A DNA stretch of 64,000 bases, taken from contig OZ242043.1 in assembly GCA_965205185.1 (NCBI GenBank), positions 967,682 through 1,031,681 of the forward strand, written 5' to 3'. Positions 36,973-45,863 of the stretch are shown here, piece by piece. Below the pieces are notes generated by a model that saw only the letters and a list, made by a program, of their open reading frames with translations, was not told where the DNA came from and did no database searches. This DNA is from Dehalococcoidia bacterium (GTDB lineage: Bacteria; Chloroflexota; Dehalococcoidia; Lucifugimonadales; UBA3495). The position numbers and the translations under genes were made by a program. Positions within the stretch are counted from its first letter, which is position 1; every line of letters begins with the position of its first letter.

Positions 36973-39237
36973 ATGATAACCATAGCCCGGTTGCCCGCCG
37001 CCATAGCCATCGCCATAATCATCACTGCCGCCCTAGCCATCGGCCTGTCACTGTCATTGGGCAAAGCCCAGTCCAGTCCCGGCGCCGCCCCGCCCACCCA
37101 GGATTCCACCCCCCAGCCGCCGCCCCCGGCGACGTTCCCGCCCAGAGCCGCAGGCAACGCCGCCCAGACCGGCCAGGCAGGCGAACTGCTCTGGAGCTAC
37201 AAAACCGAGGACTATCAGCCCATTTCAGTGACCAACGGCGTGCTGTATGGGTATGGATATGTAGACCTCAAGCATTATCTGTACGCCGTAAACCCGGCCA
37301 CCGGCGAACTGATTTGGCGCTTTCAGACCGGCGGCAGAGTATCCGCGCCCGCAGTGGCTAACGGATTAGTGTATGTCCGGTCTGAGGACAGCTTCGTATA
37401 TGCCTTGTACGAGCAAAACGGCGAACAGCTCTGGCGCTACCGGGCGGTGGGGGGAAATATTTCCTTGTCTCCCTTAGTATACGGCGGCACCGTGTTCGTA
37501 GCGGCAGGCAGTTTTATTTATGCACTGTCTGCTGATACTGGAGATGAAATCTGGCGTTATAACGCCGATGAAACCGGCTCGCAGTCAGATTTCCAATTCA
37601 CGGCACAAGCGGCATCCGATGGTTTTCTGTATGCCGCCGTTAATCGCTATCTGATCGCATTGGATGCGGTTACTGGCTCGCTGCACTGGCAGTACTCAGG
37701 ATATGCTGGTGGATCCCTCTTGGTGTATGATGGCGTAGTGTACGCGAGTCCGTATGCCGTTGACGGATCTACCGGCAAACATCTATGGGATATGGGTTAC
37801 GTAAATTATTACGGCCCTGTGTCGAATGGGGTAGTTTATGGCATTAGTGGGGCTGTATATGCGATAGACGCAGTTACCGGAAGCTTATTATGGACATACC
37901 CATCGGCGGATGGGTATTTCTTTCTGCCTGTGGTATCAAAGGGCATAATCTACACTGCTTCATCGAATTCAGTGTATGCGCTGGACGCAGACACCAGTGC
38001 CCTGCAATGGCGTTGGGTAGCCGATGAGAATGAGTACCTACATGGGTTTGGGATGGCAGACGGTGTGGTATATGTTTGGTCAGAATACGTCGTGTCTGGG
38101 ACAGTGGGATACCATGTATATGCCATATCCACCGTCGAAACGCCCCCGCCCTCGCCAACACCTACCTCGACTCCCCGCCCCGCGCCGACGAACGTTCCCG
38201 CCCGGCCGCCAACGCCAACCATCGCGCCCACCCGCACCCCAGATGTCACTCCTACCCCCCGCCCAACGCCTATGCCCGACGAACCGATAATAAATTTCCA
38301 TGCATCCCAAACGGAAGTAATAACCGGCGAACCGGTAACGCTCACCCTGTCGGTAGCGAACTCGATCCGAAAACCGGATATGACCCTGCAACTGGTATTG
38401 CAACTGCCCGCCAACTGGTCCGCCAGCGGCGAGGGCATTGGCGAATCTTGCTTTTCCCAATGCAATGCCACCTATAAAGTGCCTACCGGCGAAAGCCGGG
38501 ATTTCCAGTTGACCGCGATTTCCAGGCAGCCCGGAACGGCCCGCATCGACAGCCGGATGGAATGGTACTTCGGCGCCGACCTAGATAACTACGGCGCTAA
38601 ATCGGAATCGCTGACGCTGAATGTAGTCGACCGGGATCCGCCTAATGTGAACCTGCACGCCACCCAAACCGAGGTAACTTTGGGCGAGCCAATCGTGCTG
38701 AACCTGACCGCCGCCAACCCCATCACCAACCCGGAAGCAACCTTGCAACTGGTGTTGAAAGCCCCTTCCGGGTGGTCGGTTAGCGGCGCAGGTTTCGTTC
38801 AGTCATGCACCGGGCAGTGCATCGCAACCTATCCAATAGCCCCCGGCGAGCAACAATCGATCAACATAAATATGCTGCCCAACCAGCCCGGATTATTTTT
38901 TGTCACCGGCGATCTAACCTGGTATTTCGGGAACGACCGGGAAATCGCCGGCAACAAATCCGTATCCTTGGATCTGAACGTCGCTCCGCCCGCCCCCACT
39001 GCGACACCCATACCCCCGCCCTCGCCGACTCCCACGCCCACACCCACGCCCGTAACCCAAGCCGCCGCGCCCGACAGCGGCGGGAGCAATGGCGGTTGCG
39101 GCGCCCCTGCCAACGGTGGTGGCGGCGATTTGGGGATGTTGGGCTTGATGGTTTTGCCTCTGCTGGGGCTGGTTGGGTTGGGGGCGCGGCGGCGGCGCTG
39201 GATGCGTCTTGGCTCTGCTGGTGGTTCATCGATCTGA
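36973..39237 (+). CDS. Secreted PQQ-like beta-propeller repeat protein with two tandem ~115-aa Ig/CARDB-like domains and a C-terminal TM/Arg sorting-signal-like tail
   Basis: N-terminal TM, then repeated 'LYAxxxxTGxxxWRY' blades and Pro/Thr linkers. Two paralogous domains ('HASQTEVITGEPVTLTL...' and 'HATQTEVTLGEPIVLNL...'). The tail reads 'GGGGDLGMLGLMVLPLLGLVGLGARRRRW'. Confidence 0.8.
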   Translation: MITIARLPAAIAIAIIITAALAIGLSLSLGKAQSSPGAAPPTQDSTPQPPPPATFPPRAAGNAAQTGQAGELLWSYKTEDYQPISVTNGVLYGYGYVDLKHYLYAVNPATGELIWRFQTGGRVSAPAVANGLVYVRSEDSFVYALYEQNGEQLWRYRAVGGNISLSPLVYGGTVFVAAGSFIYALSADTGDEIWRYNADETGSQSDFQFTAQAASDGFLYAAVNRYLIALDAVTGSLHWQYSGYAGGSLLVYDGVVYASPYAVDGSTGKHLWDMGYVNYYGPVSNGVVYGISGAVYAIDAVTGSLLWTYPSADGYFFLPVVSKGIIYTASSNSVYALDADTSALQWRWVADENEYLHGFGMADGVVYVWSEYVVSGTVGYHVYAISTVETPPPSPTPTSTPRPAPTNVPARPPTPTIAPTRTPDVTPTPRPTPMPDEPIINFHASQTEVITGEPVTLTLSVANSIRKPDMTLQLVLQLPANWSASGEGIGESCFSQCNATYKVPTGESRDFQLTAISRQPGTARIDSRMEWYFGADLDNYGAKSESLTLNVVDRDPPNVNLHATQTEVTLGEPIVLNLTAANPITNPEATLQLVLKAPSGWSVSGAGFVQSCTGQCIATYPIAPGEQQSININMLPNQPGLFFVTGDLTWYFGNDREIAGNKSVSLDLNVAPPAPTATPIPPPSPTPTPTPTPVTQAAAPDSGGSNGGCGAPANGGGGDLGMLGLMVLPLLGLVGLGARRRRWMRLGSAGGSSI

Positions 39238-39438
39238 GAATCCTGCCCCGTTTCCCTTTACTCCCCCGACAATTTGTGCTATTATGCCCGGGACGAGGGT
39301 TCCGGTTGCGCCCGATACGCCTCCGCTAGTACGCCCTTGCGCCAAAAAGGCAAGCCCAAGCCACACCGCCACACCACCCAGGCGATGTAAATCTACGGTC
39401 AAGCATACGCCTGAAAAAAAACCAACGGGAGTGTAAAT

Positions 39439-40134
39439 ATGAAATGCGGTAACTGCCAACAAGGCATTGCTGTGATGTGGAACTCCGTTAAGGAACCTTT
39501 GCGCTTCACTTCTGAAGGAAATGAAAGGCAAGGATGGCAGATGTACACAGTAGTTTGCCCTGAATGCGATTATCCACATTGCAAGTTTGTTCAAGGATCC
39601 TACGATTTTTATGAGAGGGTATTGATTTTGAGCCGCGAAGGACGAACAATCTATTCTCACTTTGCAGATGCCTCGTCTCCTGAAGTTGAAAATGAATTGC
39701 CGAGCGAAATGGCAGACATCTCAAAAGATTCCAAAGAAGCTCGTGCTGTATTGCCGCATAGCGCCAATGCATCTGCGGTGTTATCTCGGCGAGCGTTGGA
39801 AACCATTTTGATAAAACAAGGGTATAAAGGTAAAAGTTTGGGCGATCTGATCAAAGAGGCACATAAAGAAGAAGATAAAGACAGGATTTTGCCCCTCAGT
39901 ATCAGGAAAAGTTTGCATATAATCCGGGAGTGGGGGAATTTTGCGGCTCACGGGATCCGAAATACGGAGACGGAAGAAAGCGTGAATGTGGAAGAATGGC
40001 AAGCCGAGTGGTGTCTGAGGGTCGTTGAAAAACTGCTTGAGCATTACTATATTGGCCCAGCCAAAGATGCTGAACAGTTGGAAGCAATCAACGAGAAACT
40101 ATCTGAAGCAGGGAAACCTCCAATAGAATGGTAG
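39439..40134 (+). CDS. Zinc-ribbon + DUF4145 domain protein
   Basis: Low-GC ORF with N-terminal 'CGNC...CPEC'. The C-terminal 'AVLSRRALETILIKQGY...IREWGNFAAHG' matches the DUF4145 pattern, a domain often attached to restriction or abortive-infection proteins. Confidence 0.65.
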   Translation: MKCGNCQQGIAVMWNSVKEPLRFTSEGNERQGWQMYTVVCPECDYPHCKFVQGSYDFYERVLILSREGRTIYSHFADASSPEVENELPSEMADISKDSKEARAVLPHSANASAVLSRRALETILIKQGYKGKSLGDLIKEAHKEEDKDRILPLSIRKSLHIIREWGNFAAHGIRNTETEESVNVEEWQAEWCLRVVEKLLEHYYIGPAKDAEQLEAINEKLSEAGKPPIEW

Positions 40135-40144
40135 GTGAATTTTA

Positions 40145-40255
40145 ATGGCGCAATTTACCGAAATACGGACAATCACCGTCAATTGCCCGCGTTGTGCGGA
40201 TGGTAAGGCAGTCAAAAATCGAATAATGCGGGGCGGTCAACGCTGGCTGCCATAA
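40145..40255 (+). pseudogene. 36-codon relic resembling the N-terminal zinc ribbon of an IS transposase
   Basis: 'MAQFTEIRTITVNCPRCADGKAVKNRIMRGGQRWLP*' follows the CPxC...G.QR pattern of IS1/IS1595-type Zn-ribbon N-termini and is truncated by a stop. Confidence 0.3.
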
Positions 40256-40352
40256 CTACCCCGCTCTGTGCTATCCTAATTTCCCAGGCAATTTACGGGG
40301 GGATAGTTATGCTTGGCGGCGCGTTGGCGCGGTCGGTTTTTAGGGGGTTGGT

Positions 40353-40697
40353 ATGGCTATTTGGGGTTTGATTTTGGGGTTGTATGCTTTGGTGGTTGGG
40401 TTTTGTTCCGGGGGGGTTGCGGGGTTGTCCGGGGGTGGGGTGGTTGGGAGGGAGGTTTTGGAGTTTTCGGTGGGGCCGGAACGGGTGGCTTGCGTGGGGG
40501 CGGCGCCTATGGAGTGTCTGGTGGTGGATGGGGAGCTTTTTTATGAGGAGATCGAGGGGTTTGAGTTTGAGTCGGGGTATCGTTACCGGGTGGAGGTGGA
40601 GCGGTATGAGCGATGGCCGGGGCGGGAGCCGCCGCAGGATGCGGGGCGGTATGGCTACCGGCTGGTGCGGGTTTTGGAGAGGGTTCCAGTGCCTTAG
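40353..40697 (+). CDS. DUF4377-like small lipoprotein
   Basis: Lipobox 'VVGFCSG', then 'CVGAAPMECLVVDGELFYEEIEGFEFESGYRYRVEVERY' (C...C...IEGF..E.GY.Y pattern). Confidence 0.55.
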   Translation: MAIWGLILGLYALVVGFCSGGVAGLSGGGVVGREVLEFSVGPERVACVGAAPMECLVVDGELFYEEIEGFEFESGYRYRVEVERYERWPGREPPQDAGRYGYRLVRVLERVPVP

Positions 40698-40842
40698 TTT
40701 TCCGGGGAGCATTGGGGGACGCGGTTGGGGGGATGGAGTGGGTTGGGTTGAATGGATGGGCGTCGGGCGGGAATGATTGGGTTCCCGATTTCGGTAGAAT
40801 GGGGATAGACGGGATGGGATGGGGTGGGGCGGAGGATTTTTG

Positions 40843-41790
40843 ATGGTTGAGGTGTGGGTTATGAGTTCTGGGGGGCGGTATTTTTTGCGGGTGATGGAGA
40901 CTTGGCGGTCGGTTTTTTATGCGCCGGTTTATGTTGCGGTGGCCGGGGGGTTTTGGGCGGGGGAGGGGCTGGATGTGGAGTTCGGGACTTGTCTGGCGGG
41001 GTTTTCGCATCCGTTGAGCGCTTTGCGTCAGGGGGCGGCGGATGTGGTGCAGAGCGGGATTATGCGGTCGATTATCGCGTTGGATTGGGGGGCGGAGACG
41101 GCGCCGTTGCATTTCGCCAAGATCAATGATCGGGACGGGTTTTTTATTGTGGGGCGGCGGCGGCAGGAGGTTTTTGATTGGGGGTCGCTGCGGGGCGGGC
41201 GGGTGATTCCGGTGGGGTTTTCGCCGATGCCTTGGGCGTCTTTGCAGTTTGCGCTGCGGCGGCATGGGGTGGATCCGGGGGAGCTGGATTTGGTTGCGGG
41301 GCTGGGGCCGGAGGAGGCGGTGGCGGCTTTCCGGGAGGGGCGGGGGGAGTATGTGCATTTGGCGGAGCCGGCGGTGGAGCAGTTGTTGGCGGAGGGGTCG
41401 GGGTATTTGCTGGCGGCTTTGGGGCCGGAGAATGGGCCTTTGGCGTATAGCTCTTTTGCGGCGACGCATCGGTTTTTGGAGGGGCGGGGGGATGCGGCGG
41501 GGCGGTTTACGCTGGGGTTCGGGCGGGCGCTGCGGTGGCTGGCGGCGGCGGATGATTGGGAGGTGGCGGCGGGGGTGGGGGAGTTTTTTCCGGGGGGTTC
41601 GGTGGAGGCGCTGGCGGGGTCTATCGGGCGGTATAGGGCGCAGGGGCAGTGGCCGGATAGTCCGGCGTTGGGTCGGGCGGAGTATGACAATCTGCACGAT
41701 ATTTTGCTGGCGGGGGGGTTGTGCCGGGAACGGCAGGGTTATGAGAGGGTGGTGCGGGCGGATGTTGCGGCGGGGGTGTTGGGGGGGTAG
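40843..41790 (+). CDS. NMT1/THI5-SsuA-like substrate-binding-fold protein
   Basis: 'SVFYAPVYVAVAGGFWAGEGLDVEF', with the periplasmic-binding-protein fold pattern throughout. Start is ambiguous (ATG at 40843 or 40861). No obvious signal peptide. Confidence 0.6.
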   Translation: MVEVWVMSSGGRYFLRVMETWRSVFYAPVYVAVAGGFWAGEGLDVEFGTCLAGFSHPLSALRQGAADVVQSGIMRSIIALDWGAETAPLHFAKINDRDGFFIVGRRRQEVFDWGSLRGGRVIPVGFSPMPWASLQFALRRHGVDPGELDLVAGLGPEEAVAAFREGRGEYVHLAEPAVEQLLAEGSGYLLAALGPENGPLAYSSFAATHRFLEGRGDAAGRFTLGFGRALRWLAAADDWEVAAGVGEFFPGGSVEALAGSIGRYRAQGQWPDSPALGRAEYDNLHDILLAGGLCRERQGYERVVRADVAAGVLGG

Positions 41791-42200
41791 GGGTGATGGT
41801 TTTGGGGTGTTGCGGGTTGATGTTGCGGGGGCGGCGGCGGGGGTTAGGTTGGTGGGTGGGGGATTTTGATGGTTTTGGGGTGAGGCGGGGTTGTGCGCGG
41901 TGATATTGTGGGGTTGGCGGCGTTTGAGGGTAGGTTGGCGGTGGGGGGATGTTGATGGTTTTGGAGTGGGGCGGGTTGTGCGGGCGGATGTTGCGGTGTT
42001 GGTGGTGTTGGGGGGGTAGGCTGGCGGGTGGGGATTTTGGTGGGTTTGGGGTGGGGCGGGGTTGTGCGGGCGGATATTGCGACGGCGGCTGGGGGGTAGA
42101 TTGGCGGGTGGGGGATTAGACTGGCAGGGCGGGGGATTTTGATGGGTTTGGGGTTTTGCGGGGTGATGTTGCGGGGTTGGCGGGTGGGGGGGGGTGGGTT
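41790..42200 (+). repeat. Five degenerate ~85-92-nt tandem copies of the 3' end and downstream flank of the preceding gene; almost pure G/T
   Basis: Each unit repeats ...TTGTGCGGGCGGATGTTGCGG...GGGGGGTAG...TTGGCGGGTGGGGATTTTGATGG.... The first copy encodes the real C-terminus 'VVRADVAAGVLGG*'. Confidence 0.7.
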
Positions 42201-42409
42201 TGGGGTACTGTTCTATTTGCTGGGTAGATCATCTCTACGAAAGGCGAAGTCCGCGGCTACTGATTCCGCCTAAATTAAGGTTATCCTGATTCCGTAAGCT
42301 GGTCAGCCGCTTTTAGAATTGCAGACAGTCCAGCAATATACTCGGACGGCGGATCCCCGAAAGGGCTGCTATCCTGGTACATCGGATCTGTTTTCATCGC
42401 TTCCGCATC

Positions 42410-42933
42410 CTAGCCGAGCGATTTCAGATAGCGCCATTGCTCCTTATCGGAAAAATAGAGGGCATCTGGCGGAACGACAAACTGAAGCGGGCTCTTGCCC
42501 GGAAGGGGCGGCCCGTTGCGCCGGTAAATCGGATAATAATCGCGCACAACTTTGCAGGTTTGGACTTGCCCTATCCGATTCGCCTGAGCTTCCTCCCGCG
42601 GATAGAATTGCTTGCAGTTGTATCCGCGTATAGGATATGTAGCTATGCCTTTCTTGATTGTGCTGCGGGATTGCTTTCCCGCCGAGACAACCTTAACCTG
42701 AACCACGTTGAAATCCAGGTTGGGGATTAGGGCAAGCCCCAACTTCGACGAATGGGATAAACTCCGGTTGGGTGACAATGGGATAAGCCAGGTACATCTG
42801 GGCAGAGAATCGTGCGGCTCCATAGGTATGTGTGCGCCATTCTTTGCAAAATCGGCTTTTCTGTGCTATTCGGCATCACCACATCGAATATCGGGTTGTC
42901 CGGGTTGAATGTCCATCCGCGTTGAGTAATCAT
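42410..42933 (-). pseudogene. Frameshifted fragment resembling the zinc-ribbon middle region of a COG1743/DUF1156-type adenine methylase
   Basis: Two overlapping ORFs read '...AHTYLWSRTILCPDV' then 'CTWLIPLS...FNVVQV...TIKKGIATYPIRGYN...'. Compare the family pattern YxWARTvxCPxCgxxiPL ... GtaxCPxCG, here with Cys replaced by Tyr and Arg. Low-GC segment with no skew. Confidence 0.35.
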
Positions 42934-43075
42934 CGTTAGCCTTATTGCGAAATCTTGACAATGCGCTTACGGAATCCCGCTATTTCTTATGTTGCCCATT
43001 CTGCCGGATTCCGCAACCGCATTTGTTGCCTTCCGTGAGGCTGAACTACCCAGCAAATGGAGCGCATAACGAAAG

Positions 43076-43638
43076 TTGGTTTGTTCGGATTTTTGGCTGT
43101 GGTATTTGCTGGCGGTCGTCGCTTGTGCCGCGCCCACTCCTACGCCCGCGCCGGTTGCCACGGCAACCCTGACGGCCACGCCCTCGGCGTCAACGCCGTA
43201 TCTCACGGCGACTGAGGCGGCGACTGCGCTCCGCCCACGCCCGCGGCGGCAGCGACGACAATCTTGCCCGCCGCGACCGCGACGCTCATTCCGCAGGCGG
43301 GGTAGATTATAGGAATTTTGCCAACAATGACTCCGCTGCCGACAGCGACGCCACGCCCGACAGCGACGCCGTTTCCAATGGCGCGGGCTGAATCCACCGC
43401 GGCGGATAAAGATATATGCCGCCGGACGCCGGCGGTGCCGGAAGTCATCCTGAGGCAACTGGCAGTCAAACTTTGCGCGGCGGTGTCGCCGCGGGAATTG
43501 TTTAGGATTGACCAAATTTCCTTTTTGCCTGATCTGGTGGACTTGGAGGTAACAGCCGAGGGCGCCGCGGCTTGCCAGCTATTCGACCGGGCTACGCTGG
43601 GGCGGCTATTCGAGCCGCTGGGGGGGGCGGCTGGATGA
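43076..43638 (+). pseudogene. Fragmented secreted Thr/Pro-rich protein with an LRR-N-cap-like segment
   Basis: Lipoprotein-type signal 'LLAVVACAAPTPTP'. The T/P/A-rich tract continues only after a frame change near 43230 and a stop near 43300. It resumes as 'MPTMTPLPTATPRPTATP...ICRRTPAVPEVILRQL'. Confidence 0.3.
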
Positions 43639-43639
43639 T

Positions 43640-43906
43640 ATGGACATTTACTTTCGGATCAGGATTCCGCCGGCCATAACCGACGACCGGGATTGGGCGG
43701 CGGCGGCGTTGGGCGATGCGTTGGGGCTTGACCCGGACAAACTAGCAGACCGGCAAGGGGCTGAACCGGTGGGGCGTGAGCGGTGGGACGCCATAACTGT
43801 TGCGGAAAAGGCTAACACTTTGGGGCGGTTTGCCGATAACGCCAACATTTTCCCAACGGTGTTTTCAATCGAAATCAGCGAGTACTATGGATGCGGGACG
43901 AACTAG
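43640..43906 (+). CDS. Hypothetical protein
   Basis: 88-aa ORF whose ATG lies 1 nt after the preceding stop. No recognisable motif. Confidence 0.3.
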   Translation: MDIYFRIRIPPAITDDRDWAAAALGDALGLDPDKLADRQGAEPVGRERWDAITVAEKANTLGRFADNANIFPTVFSIEISEYYGCGTN

Positions 43907-44041
43907 CGGCAGGCAACCCAGCAAGGGCAACAGAATCGGATTGATGGCTTTGGGGTAGGGCGGGGTGTTGCGGGATGTTGTAGAATGGTGGTTTAACGCT
44001 GTCGGCGGGGTTTGGCCGTTGGGGTCAGTTAGGAGGCCGGT

Positions 44042-45058
44042 TTGGCTAAGATAGGGATTGTTGGCACGGGGTTGATTGGGACTTCGCTGGCTTTGGCGCT
44101 GCGGGAGTCGGATTTGCGCGATTTGGAGCTGTCGGGGACGGATTATGACAGCCGCGCCCGGAATGGGGCGCAGAAGCGGGGGGCGTTTCATCGGGTAGAG
44201 GGGCGGTTGCAGCTGACGGTGGAGGGCGCGGATGTGGTGGTTTTGGCGACGCCGGTGATGGCGATGCGGGATTTGATGGCGACGATTGCGCCGCAGTTGA
44301 AGGGGGATGCGGTGGTGACCGATGTGGGGAGTTCCAAGCGGGTGGTGGCGCAGTGGGCGGCGGAGTTGCTGGGGGGGCGGGGGCAGTATGTGGGGGGGCA
44401 TCCGATGGCGGGGCGGGAGACGGCGGGGCCGGAGTATGCGGATGCCAAGTTGTTTGCGGGGAAGGCGTATTGCGTGGTGCCGGGGGCGGATACGGCGCAG
44501 CAGGCGGTTTCGGCGGTGGCGACGATGGCGGAGGCGGTGGGGGCGAAGCCGTTTTTTATCAGCGCGGAGGAGCATGACAGTTTTGTGGCGGCGGCGAGTC
44601 ATTTGCCGTTTATGATGTCGGTGGCGCTGATGCAGACGGTTTCCAAGAGCGCGAATTGGGAGGATATCGCGCAGTTGGCGTCATCGGGGTTTCGGGATTT
44701 GTCGCGGCTGGCGTCGGGGGATGTGGTGATGCATCGGGATATTTCGATTACGAACCGGGAGCATATCGTTAGCTGGATTGATACTTTCATCCGGGAGCTT
44801 TACGAGATTCGGAATGTGCTGAAGGATGAGTCGGGGCCGGATCCGGAGGCGGTGGGGGAGTTGTTTCTGCGGGCTTCGGAGGAGCGGGAGCGGTGGCTGT
44901 CGGGGGCGATTACGCCGGGGGGTAGGGCGCAGCGGGCGGGGCCGGAGATTCCGACTTTTTCGGAGTCGATGGGGGAGATGCTGCTGGGGCATAAGGGGCT
45001 GGAGGCGCAGCGGCGGTTTTTCGGTAGCAAGAAGGATGGGGAACGGCGGCGGCGGTAG
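44042..45058 (+). CDS. tyrA: Prephenate dehydrogenase
   Basis: TTG start. 'IGIVGTGLIGTSLALAL' Rossmann motif, 'VTDVGSSK' and 'GGHPMAG'. Confidence 0.85.
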   Translation: MAKIGIVGTGLIGTSLALALRESDLRDLELSGTDYDSRARNGAQKRGAFHRVEGRLQLTVEGADVVVLATPVMAMRDLMATIAPQLKGDAVVTDVGSSKRVVAQWAAELLGGRGQYVGGHPMAGRETAGPEYADAKLFAGKAYCVVPGADTAQQAVSAVATMAEAVGAKPFFISAEEHDSFVAAASHLPFMMSVALMQTVSKSANWEDIAQLASSGFRDLSRLASGDVVMHRDISITNREHIVSWIDTFIRELYEIRNVLKDESGPDPEAVGELFLRASEERERWLSGAITPGGRAQRAGPEIPTFSESMGEMLLGHKGLEAQRRFFGSKKDGERRRR

Positions 45059-45144
45059 GGTTGGGGTTGCGGCGGGGTTGAATGGGGGGGTGATGGGGGT
45101 TAAGATAAGGTTTCTGATTTGGGGGCGGGTAAGGAGTTGCGGTT

Positions 45145-45429
45145 ATGGCGGGGACTGAGCCGGCGTCCGGGGCTGCGTCAAGCGGGGACAAGCATTTGGT
45201 TCGGCGGGTTGTTTTTGTGTGCTTATCAATGGCATTGATCATGGGGATTACGGGGGTGGTGTTTTTTTTGATTCCGGCGGTTAATGATGCGGTCAAAGAG
45301 GCGCTGGCGGAAGGGGGGGCGGTTTTTGTGGGGGTGGTGATTGTTCCTGCGGGGATTTTGGCGGCGGTAACTACCGTATGGGCGATAAGGGCTTTGTGGC
45401 GGGTTAGCGACCCGGACTATGACGGATAG
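45145..45429 (+). CDS. Hypothetical small membrane protein (2 TM)
   Basis: 94-aa ORF with two hydrophobic helices. No family recognised. Confidence 0.4.
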   Translation: MAGTEPASGAASSGDKHLVRRVVFVCLSMALIMGITGVVFFLIPAVNDAVKEALAEGGAVFVGVVIVPAGILAAVTTVWAIRALWRVSDPDYDG

Positions 45430-45438
45430 GGGATCGAG

Positions 45439-45831
45439 TTGGATCGCAACGACTGGGTAGTATTTGCGTGGGTCTGGATGGTTGGGATGACCTGCCTTGG
45501 GATAGGGCTGTTGGTTGTTCCGGCAGTATCTCCGCTGGTAAGTAGCTGGACCAGAGAGGGTTTAGGGACGGCTTTGCTACTGGTGGCAGCCAGCATCTTG
45601 TTTGTGGCAGTCTTTGAGGGATTGCCTAGGGTTGGCAAAAATGCGATTGTTGTTGTTGCCAGCAGTTTGGCTGCCATATTCGGATATGCCGGAACTATAG
45701 CTGTATTGGAGGGGGAAACCCCTTTCTTGATGGTCGTATTTCTTGTTTTTAACATCTATCTTGCCATGGCAGGAGTAGCAGTCGTCTGGGTGGGCAGGTT
45801 ATACCGCGCAATCTTTAACGGACGGCCTTGA
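45439..45831 (+). CDS. Hypothetical membrane protein (4 TM)
   Basis: 130-aa ORF. Local composition lacks the G/T skew of the flanking tyrA and aroA. Confidence 0.45.
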   Translation: MDRNDWVVFAWVWMVGMTCLGIGLLVVPAVSPLVSSWTREGLGTALLLVAASILFVAVFEGLPRVGKNAIVVVASSLAAIFGYAGTIAVLEGETPFLMVVFLVFNIYLAMAGVAVVWVGRLYRAIFNGRP

Positions 45832-45863
45832 TTCTGGGGTTGGCTTGATATATAGGGAGGGTT

